Source: Macrostomum lignano
Taxonomy: Eukaryota
Assembly (NCBI GenBank): GCA_002269645.1
Contig: NIVC01000384.1
Location: 547,526-611,525 of the forward strand
Length of the DNA stretch: 64,000 nucleotides
Reading direction: 5' to 3'
Shown here: one piece after another, positions 22,159-38,510 of the stretch
Layout of the letters: every line of letters starts with the position of its first letter
Position numbering within the stretch: position 1 is the first letter of the stretch
Notes under the pieces: generated by a model
Told to the model about the DNA's origin: nothing
Databases searched by the model: none
What the model saw: only the letters and a program-made list of their open reading frames with translations
Made by a program: the position numbers and the translations under genes

Positions 22159-23896
22159 TCTACTGTCTGTGTGTTTACGTGGACTTTTTGGAAGTTCAGT
22201 AGCCTCGTTAGCTGGACCAACCGGTGTAGGTAGACCACTTAGGTGGACCACCAAATAATTTTGTCTCTGGTGGGGTTAAGACGTTGATGAGGATCTCACA
22301 TTAATGTCAGGCGGGTCAAGAAAGGCTTAAGCAATTTTGGGATGTCTAGCATGGATTTTTCCAAAGTTATTTGCATTTCAGTTTAGCTGGGCCTCCAGCC
22401 TGGTCTACCTAAACCGAGCGAGTCTGGTCCACGTAAACCGAAAAATTTTAGAAAATTTTTCGAAAATCGTCTGTTTGTGTCTGTTTGTGTCTGTTTGTGT
22501 ATAGCAGTTATTAAGCATAGATTCAATGCAAAACTGAATTTTTTACAGATCATTACCTTACGAACAAAGGGCTATGTTGGCATCATATTATGACCGCTAC
22601 TGGCTTTAAAACAATATGCGTTCAGTTATTTGACATTCAAGTAGGTACGCAGGTTAATTAAAAATTCTGAAACCTCGTATGCGAAATGAATTTGATACAG
22701 TAAACTTTAAACTCCATTTAATTAGCTCAGTTCCAGCAATTCCGGTATCGTACTCTGAGCACAGACTCACAGAGTAAGACACCAACGTAAAGAAATCCAA
22801 TTCGCTAACCAGATCAAACGATAAAGACTCCGAGACAAGAAAGATATTTAAGTGAAGCTTAAATAGTATTCTTCAATGACTTCTCAAGAACTCCCAGTGG
22901 TCCTTGATAGCCACACTGTGTAAATGCGAATTTCTGAGGCTCTACCATTACACAAGAAGAAAATAGCAACTTCATGAATTAAGTGCTTGCCAATTCTATC
23001 CTAAACACTATGGGATATCCTGTTCTATCCTCCTCCAATTTTGGAAGAAGAAGATCCTAAGCTGCAGCCTTTCAAGTGCAAAGTTGAAGATGCAATTTAC
23101 CTAATTGAAAAGGACAATTCATACATGTACATGCAAAAGATTTGATCAAGAGGACGCAATTAAGAAGGGCCTTTTAACTAGCGATCGGGTCTCTGACTCT
23201 CTAGCAAAAGGTCGACTTGATTGCGGTCCCAGTAAAACTAAGAACGCATTAACAGTCAGCCTAACACTCACTGTCTGTTTGGTCCACGTAAACACATGTG
23301 CAGGAGTATAGGGTTGGAACAGACAGACAGACAGACCTCCCTTTCTATAATTGGCTGGTTAACACTTAGGAGGATAGATCCACCCCAACAATGGGACCGA
23401 CCGCAGCCAATAGGAAACCCGCAAGCGTTCTGAAGGTAAGACAGTGGAGAGAGGGATATATAATGTCTAAGCGGCTGGTCCACGTAAACCATGGCGTAGT
23501 GAGACCAGACACAGACAGTTTAAAAGAAAGTACTTATAATCCATACTATACAACTCTAAAGGATTGCAATTGTATAGATTAGAACGGTTTTTTATACTTA
23601 ATAGGTCTAATGTTAATCCTTACTCCAAGTTTCATCCATATATAAATTTATTCTGCCAAAAACTGTAATCTACAACCAAGATATGATGACCCGCAAAAAA
23701 GGACGCCAAGCCTAAAATAAAAACTAAAAAAACACCGTCGCAAAAAGCCACTGCGAAATCGAAGAAGCCGCATCGCCTGGTGAAAATCATCAGTCTGCTC
23801 GCAAATCCGTCGACACCGAGTCCAGAAAAGTGAGTTTCGTTTGATGATCTCAAAGTAGCTAGCTGCAAGGCCTGCAACTCAATTGCTGTAGAGAAG

Positions 23897-26800
23897 CTGG
23901 TCCACCTAACCTACAGACACAACTGAATCAGCTCTCTCAGTCTGTTTGAGGCTTTGGCTCTCAGAAGGTGGTCCACCTAACCTACAGACACAACTCGAGC
24001 AGATTTCTCTGTCTGTTTGAGGCTCTGGCTCTCAGAGCCGCCGAGAAAGTTTAGTGCCGAGAATGCTTCAGTATGTTAGAATGCAATCAGAACAGATTCC
24101 TAGAAAGTGAGCTAGTCCAGCATCAAGGCAGAACATCTGGATGTGTAACGAGAGGCTCTCGGAGATTCCTGGCTCAGATTATCGCCTAGAAGTGCTGTAG
24201 AATAGCTGGTCCACCTAACCTACAGACACAACTCGAACAGATTTCTCTGTCTGTTTGAGGCTGTGGCTCTCAGAGCCGCCGAGAAAGTTTAGTGCCGAGA
24301 ATGCTTCAGTTTTTTAGAATGCAATCAGAACAGATTCCTAGAAAGTGAGCTAGTCCAGCATCAAGGTAGAACATCTGGATGTGTAACGAGAGGCTCTCGG
24401 AGATTCCTGGCTCGGATTATCGCCTAGAAGTGCTTTGGAGTAGCTGGTCCACCTAACCTACAGACACAACTCGAACAGATTTCTCTGTCTGTTTGAGGCT
24501 GTGGCTCTCAGAGCCGCCGAGAAAGTTTAGTGCCGAGAATGCTTCAGTTTGTTAGAATGCAATCAGAACAGATTCCTAGAAAGTGAGCTAGTCCAGCATC
24601 AAGGCAGAACATCTGGATGTGTAACGAAAGTCTCTCGGAGATTCCTGGCTCAGATTATCGCCTAGAAGTGCTTTGGAGTAGCTGGTCCACCTAACCTACA
24701 GACACAACTCGAACAGATTTCTCTGTCTGTTTGAGGCTCTGGCTCTCAGAGCCGCCGAGAAAGTTTAGTGCAGAAAATGCTTCAGTTTGTTAGAATGCAA
24801 TCAGAACAGATTCCTAGAAAGTGAGCTAGTCCAGCATCAAGGCAGAACATCTGGATGTGTAACGAGAGGCTCTCGGAGATTCCTGGCTCAGATTATCGCC
24901 AAGAAGTGCTGTAGAATAGCTGGTCCACCTAACCTACAGACACAACTCGAACAGATTTCTCTGTCTGTTTGAGGCTGTGGCTCTCAGAGCCGCCGAGAAA
25001 GTTTAGTGCCGAGAATGCTTCAGTTTGTTAGAATGCAATCAGAACAGATTCCTAGAAAGTGAGCTAGTCCAGCATCAAGGCAGAACATCTGGATGTGTAA
25101 CGAAAGTCTCTCGGAGACTCCTGGCTCAGATTATCGCCTAGAAGTGCTGTGGAGTAGCTGGTCCACCTAACCTACAGACACAACTCGAACAGATTTCTCT
25201 GTCTGTTTAAGGCTCTGGCTCTTAGAGCCGCCGAGAAAGTTTAGTGCAGAAAATGTTTCAGTTTGTTAGAATGCAATCAGAACAGATTCCTAGAAAGTGA
25301 GCTAGTCCAGCATCAAGGCAGAACATCTGGATGTGTAACGAAAGTCTCTCGGAGACTCCTGGCTCAGATTATCGCCTAGAAGTGCTGTGGAGTAGCTGGT
25401 CCACCTAACCTACAGACACAACTCGAACAGATTTCTCTGTCTGTTTAAGGCTCTGGCTCTTAGAGCCGCCGAGAAAGTTTAGTGCAGAAAATGTTTCAGT
25501 TTGTTAGAATGCAATCAGAACAGATTCCTAGAAAGTGAGCTAGTCCAGCATCAAGGCAGAACATCTGGATGTGTAACGAAAGTCTCTCGGAGACTCCTGG
25601 CTCAGATTATCGCCTAGAAGTGCTGTGGAGTAGCTGGTCCACCTAACCTACAGACACAACTCGAACAGATTTCTCTGTCTGTTTGAGGCTCTGGCTCTTA
25701 GAGCCGCCGAGAAAGTTTAGTGCCGAGAATGCTTCAGTTTGTTAGAATGCAATCAGAACAGATTCCTAGAAAGTGAGCTAGTCCAGCATCAAGGCAGAAC
25801 ATCTGGATGTGTAACGAAAGTCTCTCGGAGACTCCTGGCTCAGATTATCGCCTAGAAGTGCTGTGGAGTAGCTGGTCCACCTAACCTACAGACACAACTC
25901 GAACAGATTTCTCTGTCTGTTTGAGGCTCTGGCTCTTAGGTGGTCCACATAACCTACAGACACAACTGAAGCAGCTCTCTCAGTCTGTTTGAGGCTTTGG
26001 CTCTCAGAAGGTGGTCCACCTAACCTACAGACACAACTCGAACAGATTTCTCTGTCTGTTTGAGGCTCTGGCTCTCAGAGCCGCCGAGAAAGTTTAGTGC
26101 AGAAAATGCTTCAGTTTGTTAGAATGCAATCAGAACAGATTCCTAGAAAGTGAGCTAGTCCAGCATCAAGGCAGAACATCTGGATGTGTAACGAGAGGCT
26201 CTCGGAGATTCCTGGCTCAGATTATCGCCTAGAAGTGCTTTGGAGTAGCTGGTCCACCTAACCTACAGACACAACTCGAACAGATTTCTCTGTCTGTTTG
26301 AGGCTGTGGATCTCAGAGCCGCCGAGAAAGTTTAGTGCCGAGAATGCTTCAGTTTGTTAGAATGCAATCAGAACAGATTCCTAGAAAGTGAGCTAGTCCA
26401 GCATCAAGGCAGAACATCTGGATGTGTAACGAAAGTCTCTCGGAGACTCCTGGCTCAGATTATCGCCTAGAAGTGCTGTGGAGTAGCTGGTCCACCTAAC
26501 CTACAGACACAACTCGAACAGATTTCTCTGTCTGTTTAAGGCTCTGGCTCTTAGAGCCGCCGAGAAAGTTTAGTGCAGAAAATGTTTCAGTTTGTTAGAA
26601 TGCAATCAGAACAGATTCCTAGAAAGTGAGCTAGTCCAGCATCAAGGCAGAACATCTGGATGTGTAACGAAAGTCTCTCGGAGACTCCTGGCTCAGATTA
26701 TCGCCTAGAAGTGCTGTGGAGTAGCTGGTCCACCTAACCTACAGACACAACTCGAACAGATTTCTCTGTCTGTTTGAGGCTCTGGCTCTTAGAGCCGCCG

Positions 26801-29800
26801 AGAAAGTTTAGTGCCGAGAATGCTTCAGTTTGTTAGAATGCAATCAGAACAGATTCCTAGAAAGTGAGCTAGTCCAGCATCAAGGCAGAACATCTGGATG
26901 TGTAACGAGAGGCTCTCGGAGATTCCTGGCTCGGATTATCGCCTAGAAGTGCTTTGGAGTAGCTGGTCCACCTAACCTACAGACACAACTCGAACAGATT
27001 TCTCTGTCTGTTTGAGGCTCTGGCTCTCAGAGCCGCCGAGAAAGTTTAGTGCCGAGAATGCTTCAGTTTGTTAGAATGCAATCAGAACAGATTCCTAGAA
27101 AGTGAGCTAGTCCAGCATCAAGGCAGAACATCTGGATGTGTAACGAGAGGCTCTCGGAGATTCCTGGCTCAGATTATCGCCAAGAAGTGCTGTAGAATAG
27201 CTGGTCCACCTAACCTACAGACACAACTCGAACAGATTTCTCTGTCTGTTTGAGGCTCTGGCTCTTAGGTGGTCCACATAACCTACAGACACAACTGAAG
27301 CAGCTCTCTCAGTCTGTTTGAGGCTTTGGCTCTCAGAAGGTGGTCCACCTAACCTACAGACACAACTCGAACAGATTTCTCTGTCTGTTTGAGGCTCTGG
27401 CTCTCAGAGCCGCCGAGAAAGTTTAGTGCAGAAAATGCTTCAGTTTGTTAGAATGCAATCAGAACAGATTCCTAGAAAGTGAGCTAGTCCAGCATCAAGG
27501 CAGAACATCTGGATGTGTAACGAGAGGCTCTTGGAGATTCCTGGCTCAGATTATCGCCTAGAAGTGCTGTGGAGTAGCTGGTCCACCTAACCTACAGACA
27601 CAACTCGAACAGATTTCTCTGTCTGTTTGAGGCTCTGGCTCTCAGAGCCGCCGAGAAAGTTTAGTGCCGAGAATGCTTCAGTTTGTTAGAATGCAATCAG
27701 AACAGATTCCTAGAAAGTGAGCTAGTCCAGCATCAAGGTAGAACATCTGGATGTGTAACGAGAGGCTCTCGGAGATTCCTGGCTCAGATTATCGCCTAGA
27801 AGTGCTGTGGAGTAGCTGGTCCACCTAACCTACAGACACAACTCGAACAGATTTCTCTGTCTGTTTGAGGCTCTGGCTCTTAGGTGGTCCACATAACCTA
27901 CAGACACAACTGAAGCAGCTCTCTCAGTCTGTTTGAGGCTTTGGCTCTCAGAAGGTGGTCCACCTAACCTACAGACACAACTCGAACAGATTTCTCTGTC
28001 TGTTTAGGCTCTGGCTCTTAGAGCCGCCGAGAAAGTTTAGTGCAGAAAATGCTTCAGTTTGTTAGAATGCAATCAGAACAGATTCCTAGAAAGTGAGCTA
28101 GTCCAGCATCAAGGCAGAACATCTGGATGTGTAACGAGAGGCTCTCGGAGATTCCTGGCTCAGATTATCGCCTAGAAGTGCTGTGGAGTAGCTGGTCCAC
28201 CTAACCTACAGACACAACTCGAACAGATTTCTCTGTCTGTTTGAGGCTCTGGCTCTTAGGTGGTCCACATAACCTACAGACACAACTGAAGCAGCTCTCT
28301 CAGTCTGTTTGAGGCTTTGGCTCTCAGAAGGTGGTCCACCTAACCTACAGACACAACTCGAACAGATTTCTCTGTCTGTTTGAGGCTCTGGCTCTCAGAG
28401 CCGCCGAGAAAGTTTAGTGCAGAAAATGCTTCAGTTTGTTAGAATGCAATCAGAACAGATTCCTAGAAAGTGAGCTAGTCCAGCATCAAGGCAGAACATC
28501 TGGATGTGTAACGAGAGGCTCTCGGAGATTCCTGGCTCAGATTATCGCCAAGAAGTGCTGTAGAATAGCTGGTCCACCTAACCTACAGACACAACTCGAA
28601 CAGATTTCTCTGTCTGTTTGAGGCTGTGGCTCTCAGAGCCGCCGAGAAAGTTTAGTGCCGAGAATGCTTCAGTTTGTTAGAATGCAATCAGAACAGATTC
28701 CTAGAAAGTGAGCTAGTCCAGCATCAAGGCAGAACATCTGGATGTGTAACGAGAGGCTTTTGGAGATTCCTGGCTCAGATTATCGCCTAGAAGTGCTTTG
28801 GAGTAGCTGGTCCACCTAACCTACAGACACAACTCGAACAGATTTCTCTGTCTGTTTGAGGCTCTGGCTCTCAGAGCCGCCGAGAAAGTTTAGTGCCGAG
28901 AATGCTTCAGTTTGTTAGAATGCAATCAGAACAGATTCCTAGAAAGTGAGCTAGTCCAGCATCAAGGTAGAACATCTGGATGTGTAACGAGAGGCTCTCG
29001 GAGATTCCTGGCTCAGATTATCGCCTAGAAGTGCTGTGGAGTAGCTGGTCCACCTAACCTACAGACACAACTCGAACAGATTTCTCTGTCTGTTTGAGGC
29101 TCTGGCTCTTAGGTGGTCCACATAACCTACAGACACAACTGAAGCAGCTCTCTCAGTCTGTTTGAGGCTTTGGCTCTCAGAAGGTGGTCCACCTAACCTA
29201 CAGACACAACTCGAACAGATTTCTCTGTCTGTTTAGGCTGTGGCTCTCAGAGCCGCCGAGAAAGTTTAGTGCCGAGAATGCTTCAGTTTGTTAGAATGCA
29301 ATCAGAACAGATTCCTAGAAAGTGAGCTAGTCCAGCATCAAGGTAGAACATCTGGATGTGTAACGAGAGGCTCTCGGAGATTCCTGGCTCAGATTATCGC
29401 CTAGAAGTGCTGTGGAGTAGCTGGTCCACCTAACCTACAGACACAACTCGAACAGATTTCTCTGTCTGTTTGAGGCTCTGGCTCTTAGGTGGTCCACATA
29501 ACCTACAGACACAACTGAAGCAGCTCTCTCAGTCTGTTTGAGGCTTTGGCTCTCAGAAGGTGGTCCACCTAACCTACAGACACAACTCGAACAGATTTCT
29601 CTGTCTGTTTAGGCTCTGGCTCTTAGAGCCGCCGAGAAAGTTTAGTGCAGAAAATGCTTCAGTTTGTTAGAATGCAATCAGAACAGATTCCTAGAAAGTG
29701 AGCTAGTCCAGCATCAAGGCAGAACATCTGGATGTGTAACGAGAGGCTCTCGGAGATTCCTGGCTCAGATTATCGCCTAGAAGTGCTTTGGAGTAGCTGG

Positions 29801-30192
29801 TCCACCTAACCTACAGACACAACTCGAACAGATTTCTCTGTCTGTTTGAGGCTCTGGCTCTTAGGTGGTCCACATAACCTACAGACACAACTGAAGCAGC
29901 TCTCTCAGTCTGTTTGAGGCTTTGGCTCTCAGAAGGTGGTCCATCTAACCTACAGACACAACTCGAACAGATTTCTCTGTCTGTTTGAGGCTCTGGCTCT
30001 TAGGTGGTCCACATAACCTATAGACACAACTGAAGCAGCTCTCTCAGTCTGTTTGAGGCTTTGGCTCTCAGAAGGTGGTTCACCTAACCTACAGACACAA
30101 CTCGAACAGATTTCTCTGTCTGTTTGAGGCTCTGGCTCTCAGGTGGTCCACATAACCTACAGTCACAACTGGAACAGATTTCTGTGTCTGTT
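23897..30192. repeat. 238-bp satellite with interspersed 68-bp and 71-bp subunits (~6.3 kb)
   Basis: Monomer period 238 (e.g. gaatgcttc at 24061 and 24299). 21 full monomers are punctuated by 139-bp (68+71) junction modules. Every unit starts ggtccac(c/a)taacctacagacacaact. Confidence 0.97.
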
Positions 30193-31269
30193 TGATTGTC
30201 GGTTAATTTTATTTTCTACCTTTGTAGGAGCCTGTGGTTGATTTTGTTCGCCTGAGCTCGACGAGACTGACTGCGTTTCACCGAGATGAAGGTTAAAACG
30301 AACTGTAAAAGAAGATTCAAACCACTAATTGACGAGAAATATAGAAAGGTTCATCATAGAGCTGAGCTGACGAAAGCGGATTCGATGGCTGAGTAAGCTG
30401 AAATTCGTGAGAGAGGCAATGACAGATCAATAACAGAAGCGGTCCCGGACCACGGAGGCAGGGAAGGTCCAGGAGAATATTTCGTAGAAAAATAAGAAGA
30501 TTAAGCCATCATCTGCGTGAACGAAAAGATGAAAGTCGGTAAAATGATTGGCTTATCATATGATTGCTCACCAACTCATTCAGTATAATAGGACTGATGT
30601 AGTCAAATCAATTTAATTTCAGTTTTAGTAACTTTTGTCGTTATTAAAAATGCCCTTCAACTTCTTGTAGGCTCGTACTCGGATGACCTTTTTTAACTAA
30701 TGGAATCTTACGTTTGTTAACATGTATTTGAAGCATATATTTTGACCTAAATTAGTTTTAATGAGTTTACAGTTAGTATTTGATATGATTCTGTATTTAT
30801 TTTCAAAATGCTTTATTTTCATTCACCTTCTTGTATTCACGCGACGCAACTAACTAATGCGATCGTACATTTGTTTAACCCGATTAACCCGATTAATAAT
30901 GCTAAATAAATTGGTTTGAACTTGGGATATTTTCATTAAATGACGTCGTAACCCTTTTATCAGTTCTTTTTGAGAATTTCTGTTTTAATTAGTTCAAAAG
31001 AACAGTTTAAAGCAATAAATTTTCTACAACGAAAGAGGTCTAACTAAACCAACTGTTTTTTTGCGGTCCACCTAACCCGGTCCCCAAAACGTAGTTAGTG
31101 AACCACCACAGTTTCCCCGAACTGGCTATTCCGTCAAGTTAACAAAAAGATAACCCTAGCTAGCCTTTCGCGTTGTCAAAACAGATTCTATTTTTTAACC
31201 GGAATTGCGTGGTCCACGTAACGCATTAACATAACTCAGGTCCCGCTAAACACACAGACAGTCGTAAGA

Positions 31270-33514
<2,245 letters not shown>

Positions 33515-33843
33515 AGTGAGTTTGTCAGTCAGTCTGTTTGTGAGTTTCTTAAAAGTGAATCAACTCTGAGCTGCAGTTTGTTGGACGGCTGTTAAAATTA
33601 CCTTGGGATGAAGGGAAATGCATGAAGGGAAATTTCTAAACTGGCTGAATTCGAGGCCAAAAATGAGAGGATTCTGAAGAGCCGCGTGACGCACAGAGGG
33701 AAGAAGGGGTTTTGAAATTCTCCTCCATCAGTCAGTTTAATCCGGCGCTGAGTCACTATGAAACCCCCAAGCCCTAAGCAGCTTCAGGCAGCATATGGCA
33801 AACAGCCACCCTCCCCGCGATTATAACTACCGCTATAATTCAG

Positions 33844-34548
33844 ATTACATATTTATACACACATTCGATTTTAAACTGGTCATGGACTACTAAAAAGGAG
33901 ATCTGAAATTAAGTCCCGAAACAGAATTTGACCCGATTCCAGATTCTAGATCTAGCAGTCCTTGGTCCCATATTTCGGTGTCCTGTTGCTGGAATCCTAT
34001 TATTCATAGGAGCTCGATAATTGTGTAAACAATCCAGCAGCTTCAAATACAAATTGTGTAAACAACGCAGAGTTGTTGCCGAAACTGGGACTAAAAACTG
34101 GGAAAGTCGGTAAACAAAGTTGGTGGAGAATGAAGGAGATGGTCGAGGCTCTGAGTGACAGGCATTTTTATATCGATTTATTAAAAATATTTGGGAATCC
34201 AATTTGCTTCAAAGAAGGCAAAACTCCAACTAGAGAAAGCTCTAGGCTCTATAGCACTGAGATGTGTCAAATATAAAGTACATTCCTTTCCTTGAGACAA
34301 TCCTCAAGAAAATTTCTAATTACAAGTGAGATCTTCTTTGCTTTTTTGTGTGGACCAACGCAATTTTGTTTAAAAAAATTTCATTTGTATAGTCTAAATA
34401 ACAGCTCCTTAAAACACAGTAAATCACTATGATTTAGTTTTTAATGTTTTAACCTAACAAATTTTCCTATTTAGTTAAATTTTTTCAGTGTCATTACTAA
34501 AAATTCGCAAAATAAATTAATCTATGAATTTGTTTGAATTAGAGAGTA
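33844..34548 (+). repeat. Dispersed repeat, copy 1 (probable non-autonomous TE)
   Basis: Direct, high-identity match to 38511-39136, starting attacatatttata and including gtggaccaacgcaatttt. Confidence 0.85.
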
Positions 34549-34619
34549 CGATTGTTTCTATTTAAAAGGGAAGGGAATTTGAATTGAATTTCCGCAAGAA
34601 CCGCGTGTCACAAGATTGC

Positions 34620-35862
34620 CTGAGTCTTGTAAATGTCGTAGATGCAGATGTGGTCAGTCTTGTATCAGTAGATGTCGTCATTCTTATGTCAGTAGATGTC
34701 GTCAGTCTTGTGTTAGTAGATGTCGACAGTCTTGTGTCAGTAGATGTGGTCAGTCTTGTGTCAGTAGATGTGGTCAGTCTTGTGTCAGTAGATTCCGCAG
34801 TCTTGTGTCAGTAGATGTGATCAGTCTTGTGTCAGTAGATGTGATCAGTCTTGTGTCAGTAGATTCCGCAGTCTTGTGTCAGTAGATGTGGTCAGTCTTG
34901 TGTCAGTAGATGTGGTCAGTCTTGTGTCAGTAGATGTGGTCAGTCTTGTGTCAGTAGATGTGGTTAGTCTTGTGTCAGTAGATGTGGTCAGTCTTGTGTC
35001 AGTAGATGTGGTCAGTCTTGTGTCAGTAGATGTGGTCATTCTTGTGTCAGTAGATGTCGTCAGTCTTGTGTCAGTAGATGTCGTCAGTCTTGTGTCAGTA
35101 GATGTCGTCAGTCTTGTGTCAGTAGATGTGGTCAGTCTTGTGTCAGTAGATTCCGCAGTCTTGTGTCAGTAGATGTGATCAGTCTTGTGTCAGTAGATGT
35201 GGTCAGTCTTGTGTCAGTAGATGTGGTCAGTCTTGTGTCAGTAGATGTGGCCAGTCTTGTGTCAGTCGATGTCGTCAGTCTTGTGTCAGTAGATTCCGCA
35301 GTCTTGTGTCAGTAGATTCCGCAGTCTTGTGTCAGTAGATGTGGCCAGTCTTGTGTCAGTAGATGTGGTCAGTCTTGTGTCAGTAGATGTGGCCAGTCTT
35401 GTGTCAGTAGATGTGGTCAGTCATGTATCAGTAGATGTGGCCAGTCTTGTGTCAGTAGATGTGGTTAGTCTTGTGTCAGTAGATGTGGTTAGTCTTGTGT
35501 CAGTAGATGTGGTCAGTCTTGTGTCAGTAGATGTGGTCAGTCTTGTGTCAGTAGATGTGGTCAGTCTTGTGTCAGTAGATGTGGTCAGTCTTGTGTCAGT
35601 AGATGTGGTCAGTCATGTGTCAGTAGATGTGGTCAGTCTTGTGTCAGTAGATGTGGTCAGTCTTGTGTCAGTAGATGTGGTCAGTCTTGTGTCAGTAGAT
35701 GTGGTCAGTCTTGTGTCAGTAGATGTGGTCAGTCATGTGTCAGTAGATGTGGTCAGTCTTGTGTCAGTAGATGTGGTCAGTCTTGTGTCAGTAGATGTGG
35801 TCAGTCTTGTGTCAGTAGATGTGGTCAGTCTTGTGTCAGTAGATGTGGTCAGTCTTGTGTCA
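34620..35862. repeat. 24-bp minisatellite (~50 units)
   Basis: Unit gtggtcagtcttgtgtcagtagat. Confidence 0.97.
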
Positions 35863-36621
35863 AGCTACGATCCCAAGTAGGAGGAGAGAAGACTCTGAGC
35901 CCAGAGTCACCAAACAGAGGTTAGAGGGGGCACCCACCGCTCCAATGGAATAATACATCGAGTAGAGGAACAGTTACTCGTCGTCCAGATTCAACATCGG
36001 CTGGTTATTGCGTCATCAAGTCTATACCATTTTAGCTTGTGTTTGAGCCAGCCAAACAGAAAATATGACACGATGTTTGAATTAAAAAAATTTGGTTCTT
36101 CCCAGAGAGTTTGCTTGCGAATCGCTCCTAATGGCCGGTGCGAGACCTTCGCGTGTTTCGTTGAAGGCAGTTTCGTTTCAATTAATTTCACTCCAGTTTA
36201 TATACGGCAGTCACAATAAAAAATTGAATGCTTTGTGGCTCTCCTCCAGTTTCTTTTTCAACATGGGTTCGTTCTAAAACATTCTTTCCCGTCACAAAAA
36301 GCTGTAGAGGAATTATTGTATGAGACTGCGGTAGTGCTAAAAACTGCTGCTATGACTGACTCACCGCAGCTTTTTAAACCCCCCAAAGACGACATTTCCA
36401 GCCTAAAAACTGGCTAATGAGTTGCAGACCTGTTGCTGCGGCCACTGTGAGAACGTCCGGTTTTGGTGTCAGGGCGCCTCGCCTACAAACTCTGCATGGA
36501 AAATTTGAAGAGTGGGAAGTCAGGGCGTCGGAATAATTTAGTGAATTAATTGGGTTCTCACCCGTGCTGCGCTGAATGTTGCCGGAGAGAGCTGACATTA
36601 CGAGCGTATCTCAGATTCTTC

Positions 36622-37444
36622 AGTCACCCATGATCCTTCTGTGACCCACGATCCTTCAGTGACCCACGATCCTTCAGTGACCCACGATCCTTCAGTGACC
36701 CACGATCCTTCAGTGACCCACGATCCTTCAGTGACCCACGATCCTTCAGTGACCCACGATCCTTCAGTGACCCACGATCCTTCAGTGACCCACGATCCTT
36801 CAGTGACCCACGATCCTTCAGTGACCCACGATCCTTCAGTGACCCACGATCCTTCAGTGACCCACGATCCTTCAGTGACCCACGATCCTTCAGTGACCCA
36901 CGATCCTTCAGTGACCCACGATCCTTCAGTGACCCACGATCCTTCAGTGACCCACGATCCTTCAGTGACCCACGATCCTTCAGTGACCCACGATCCTTCA
37001 GTGACCCACGATCCTTCAGTGACCCACGATCCTTCAGTGACCCAGTGACCCACGATCCGTCAGTGACCCATGATCCTTCAGTGACCCACGATCCTTCAGT
37101 GACTCAGTGACCCACGATCCTTCAGTGACTCAGTGACCCACGATCCTTCAGTGACCCAGTGACCCACGACCCTTCAGTGACCCAAGATCCTTCAGTAACC
37201 CACGATCCTTCAGTGACCCACGATTCTTCAGTGACCCAGTGACCCACGATCCTTCAGTGACCCAGTGACCCACGATCCGTCAGTGACCCACGATCCTTCA
37301 GTGACTCAGTGACCCACGATCCTTCAGTGACCCAGTGACCCACGATCCTTCAGTGACCCAGTGACCCACGATCCTTCAGTGACCCAGTGACCCACGATCC
37401 TTCAGTGACCCACGATCCTTCAGTGACCCACGATCCTTCTGTGA
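36622..37444. repeat. 18-bp minisatellite with 26-bp variant units distally
   Basis: Unit gtgacccacgatccttca; an extra gtgaccca/gtgactca 8-mer appears after 37040. Confidence 0.97.
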
Positions 37445-37983
37445 CACATCGGCACATTTAAAAACTTTTTGGCCCCATTCAAATATGACAATAGCATTTA
37501 GCATCTGTTATTCAATTATTAGGCAATTAGGCAATGACTGCAACAGCTCTACTCGTAGATGACTGTTTTCCTATTGGTTGAGGCCATCCAGCCAATGAGG
37601 TGCCGCCTACATTCTGAGAGGCGTTTTTTCATTGTTAAAAGTTGCGAGATGAAAAGAAATGAGACTCTTCGTGGTCAAAGCTTTTAAAAGAAGACCTACA
37701 ATTTTCTTTGCCAGAAAAGAATAGAAATTAATAAACTTCTGAAAAAGTTTTTTATATAAGAATTGATTGCTATCAAATTGGTTCTGGTAAGTGATTATCG
37801 GTTTCTTGAAATTCATTCTTAGAAAAAGTCTTATTCAGAAAAACTAATCGGTGGTCCATAGGTCCAACTTTCTCAACCTATGGGGGACATACCAATGCAT
37901 TGTCCCCCCGCCCCACTTTGTGACCCGTTGTGGAAGTCAATAATTTTGCTTCAAAGCGTCAAAATATAGTGCCTTCACCTAAG

Positions 37984-38232
37984 GTGCCAAAATGAGTGCC
38001 TGTGGCGCCAAAATGAGTGTCTGTGGCACCAAAATGAATGCCTGTGGCACCAAAATGAGTGCCTGTGGCGCCAAAATGAGTGTCTGTGGCACCAAAATGA
38101 GTGCCTGCGGCGCCAAAATGAGTGCCTGTGGCGCCAAAATGAGTGCCTGCGGCGCCAAAATGAGTGCCTGTGGCGCCAAAATGAGTGCCTGCGGCGCCAA
38201 AATGAGTGTCTGTGGCGTCAAAATGAGTGCTA
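37984..38232. repeat. 21-bp minisatellite
   Basis: Unit gcctgtggcgccaaaatgagt. Confidence 0.95.
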
Positions 38233-38510
38233 ACAACATCGATTGCCATAAAAATGTAGGAATTTAGTCATGTAGAATTCTTGGCTGTGTCCCATCCCAA
38301 CCCCCCCCCCCAACATAAAATACATGGCGGCGCCCCAGTTCTCAAGGTCTCATTTGGCGCCACTGAAGTCCAATGCTTTGCTTTGAAACTAAAAACTGGC
38401 CTCACCAAAGTACAACTTGCTATCGCAGACGATAAGATGTGACAAGCGTTCACTACTTGCTGGTTCTAACAACATATCCAGAAGCTCTCGGAAGTTGTCG
38501 CCCCACTGGA

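Noticed and set aside
24787-28621. Three identical 61-aa ORFs (MLECNQNRF...)
   Set aside because: They are satellite monomers where one SNP removes a stop. There is no domain, and most monomers are closed.
23897-30192. CRISPR-like repeat/spacer appearance of the satellite and minisatellites
   Set aside because: The intervening sequences are themselves repeated (no unique spacers), there are no cas genes, and the context is eukaryotic.
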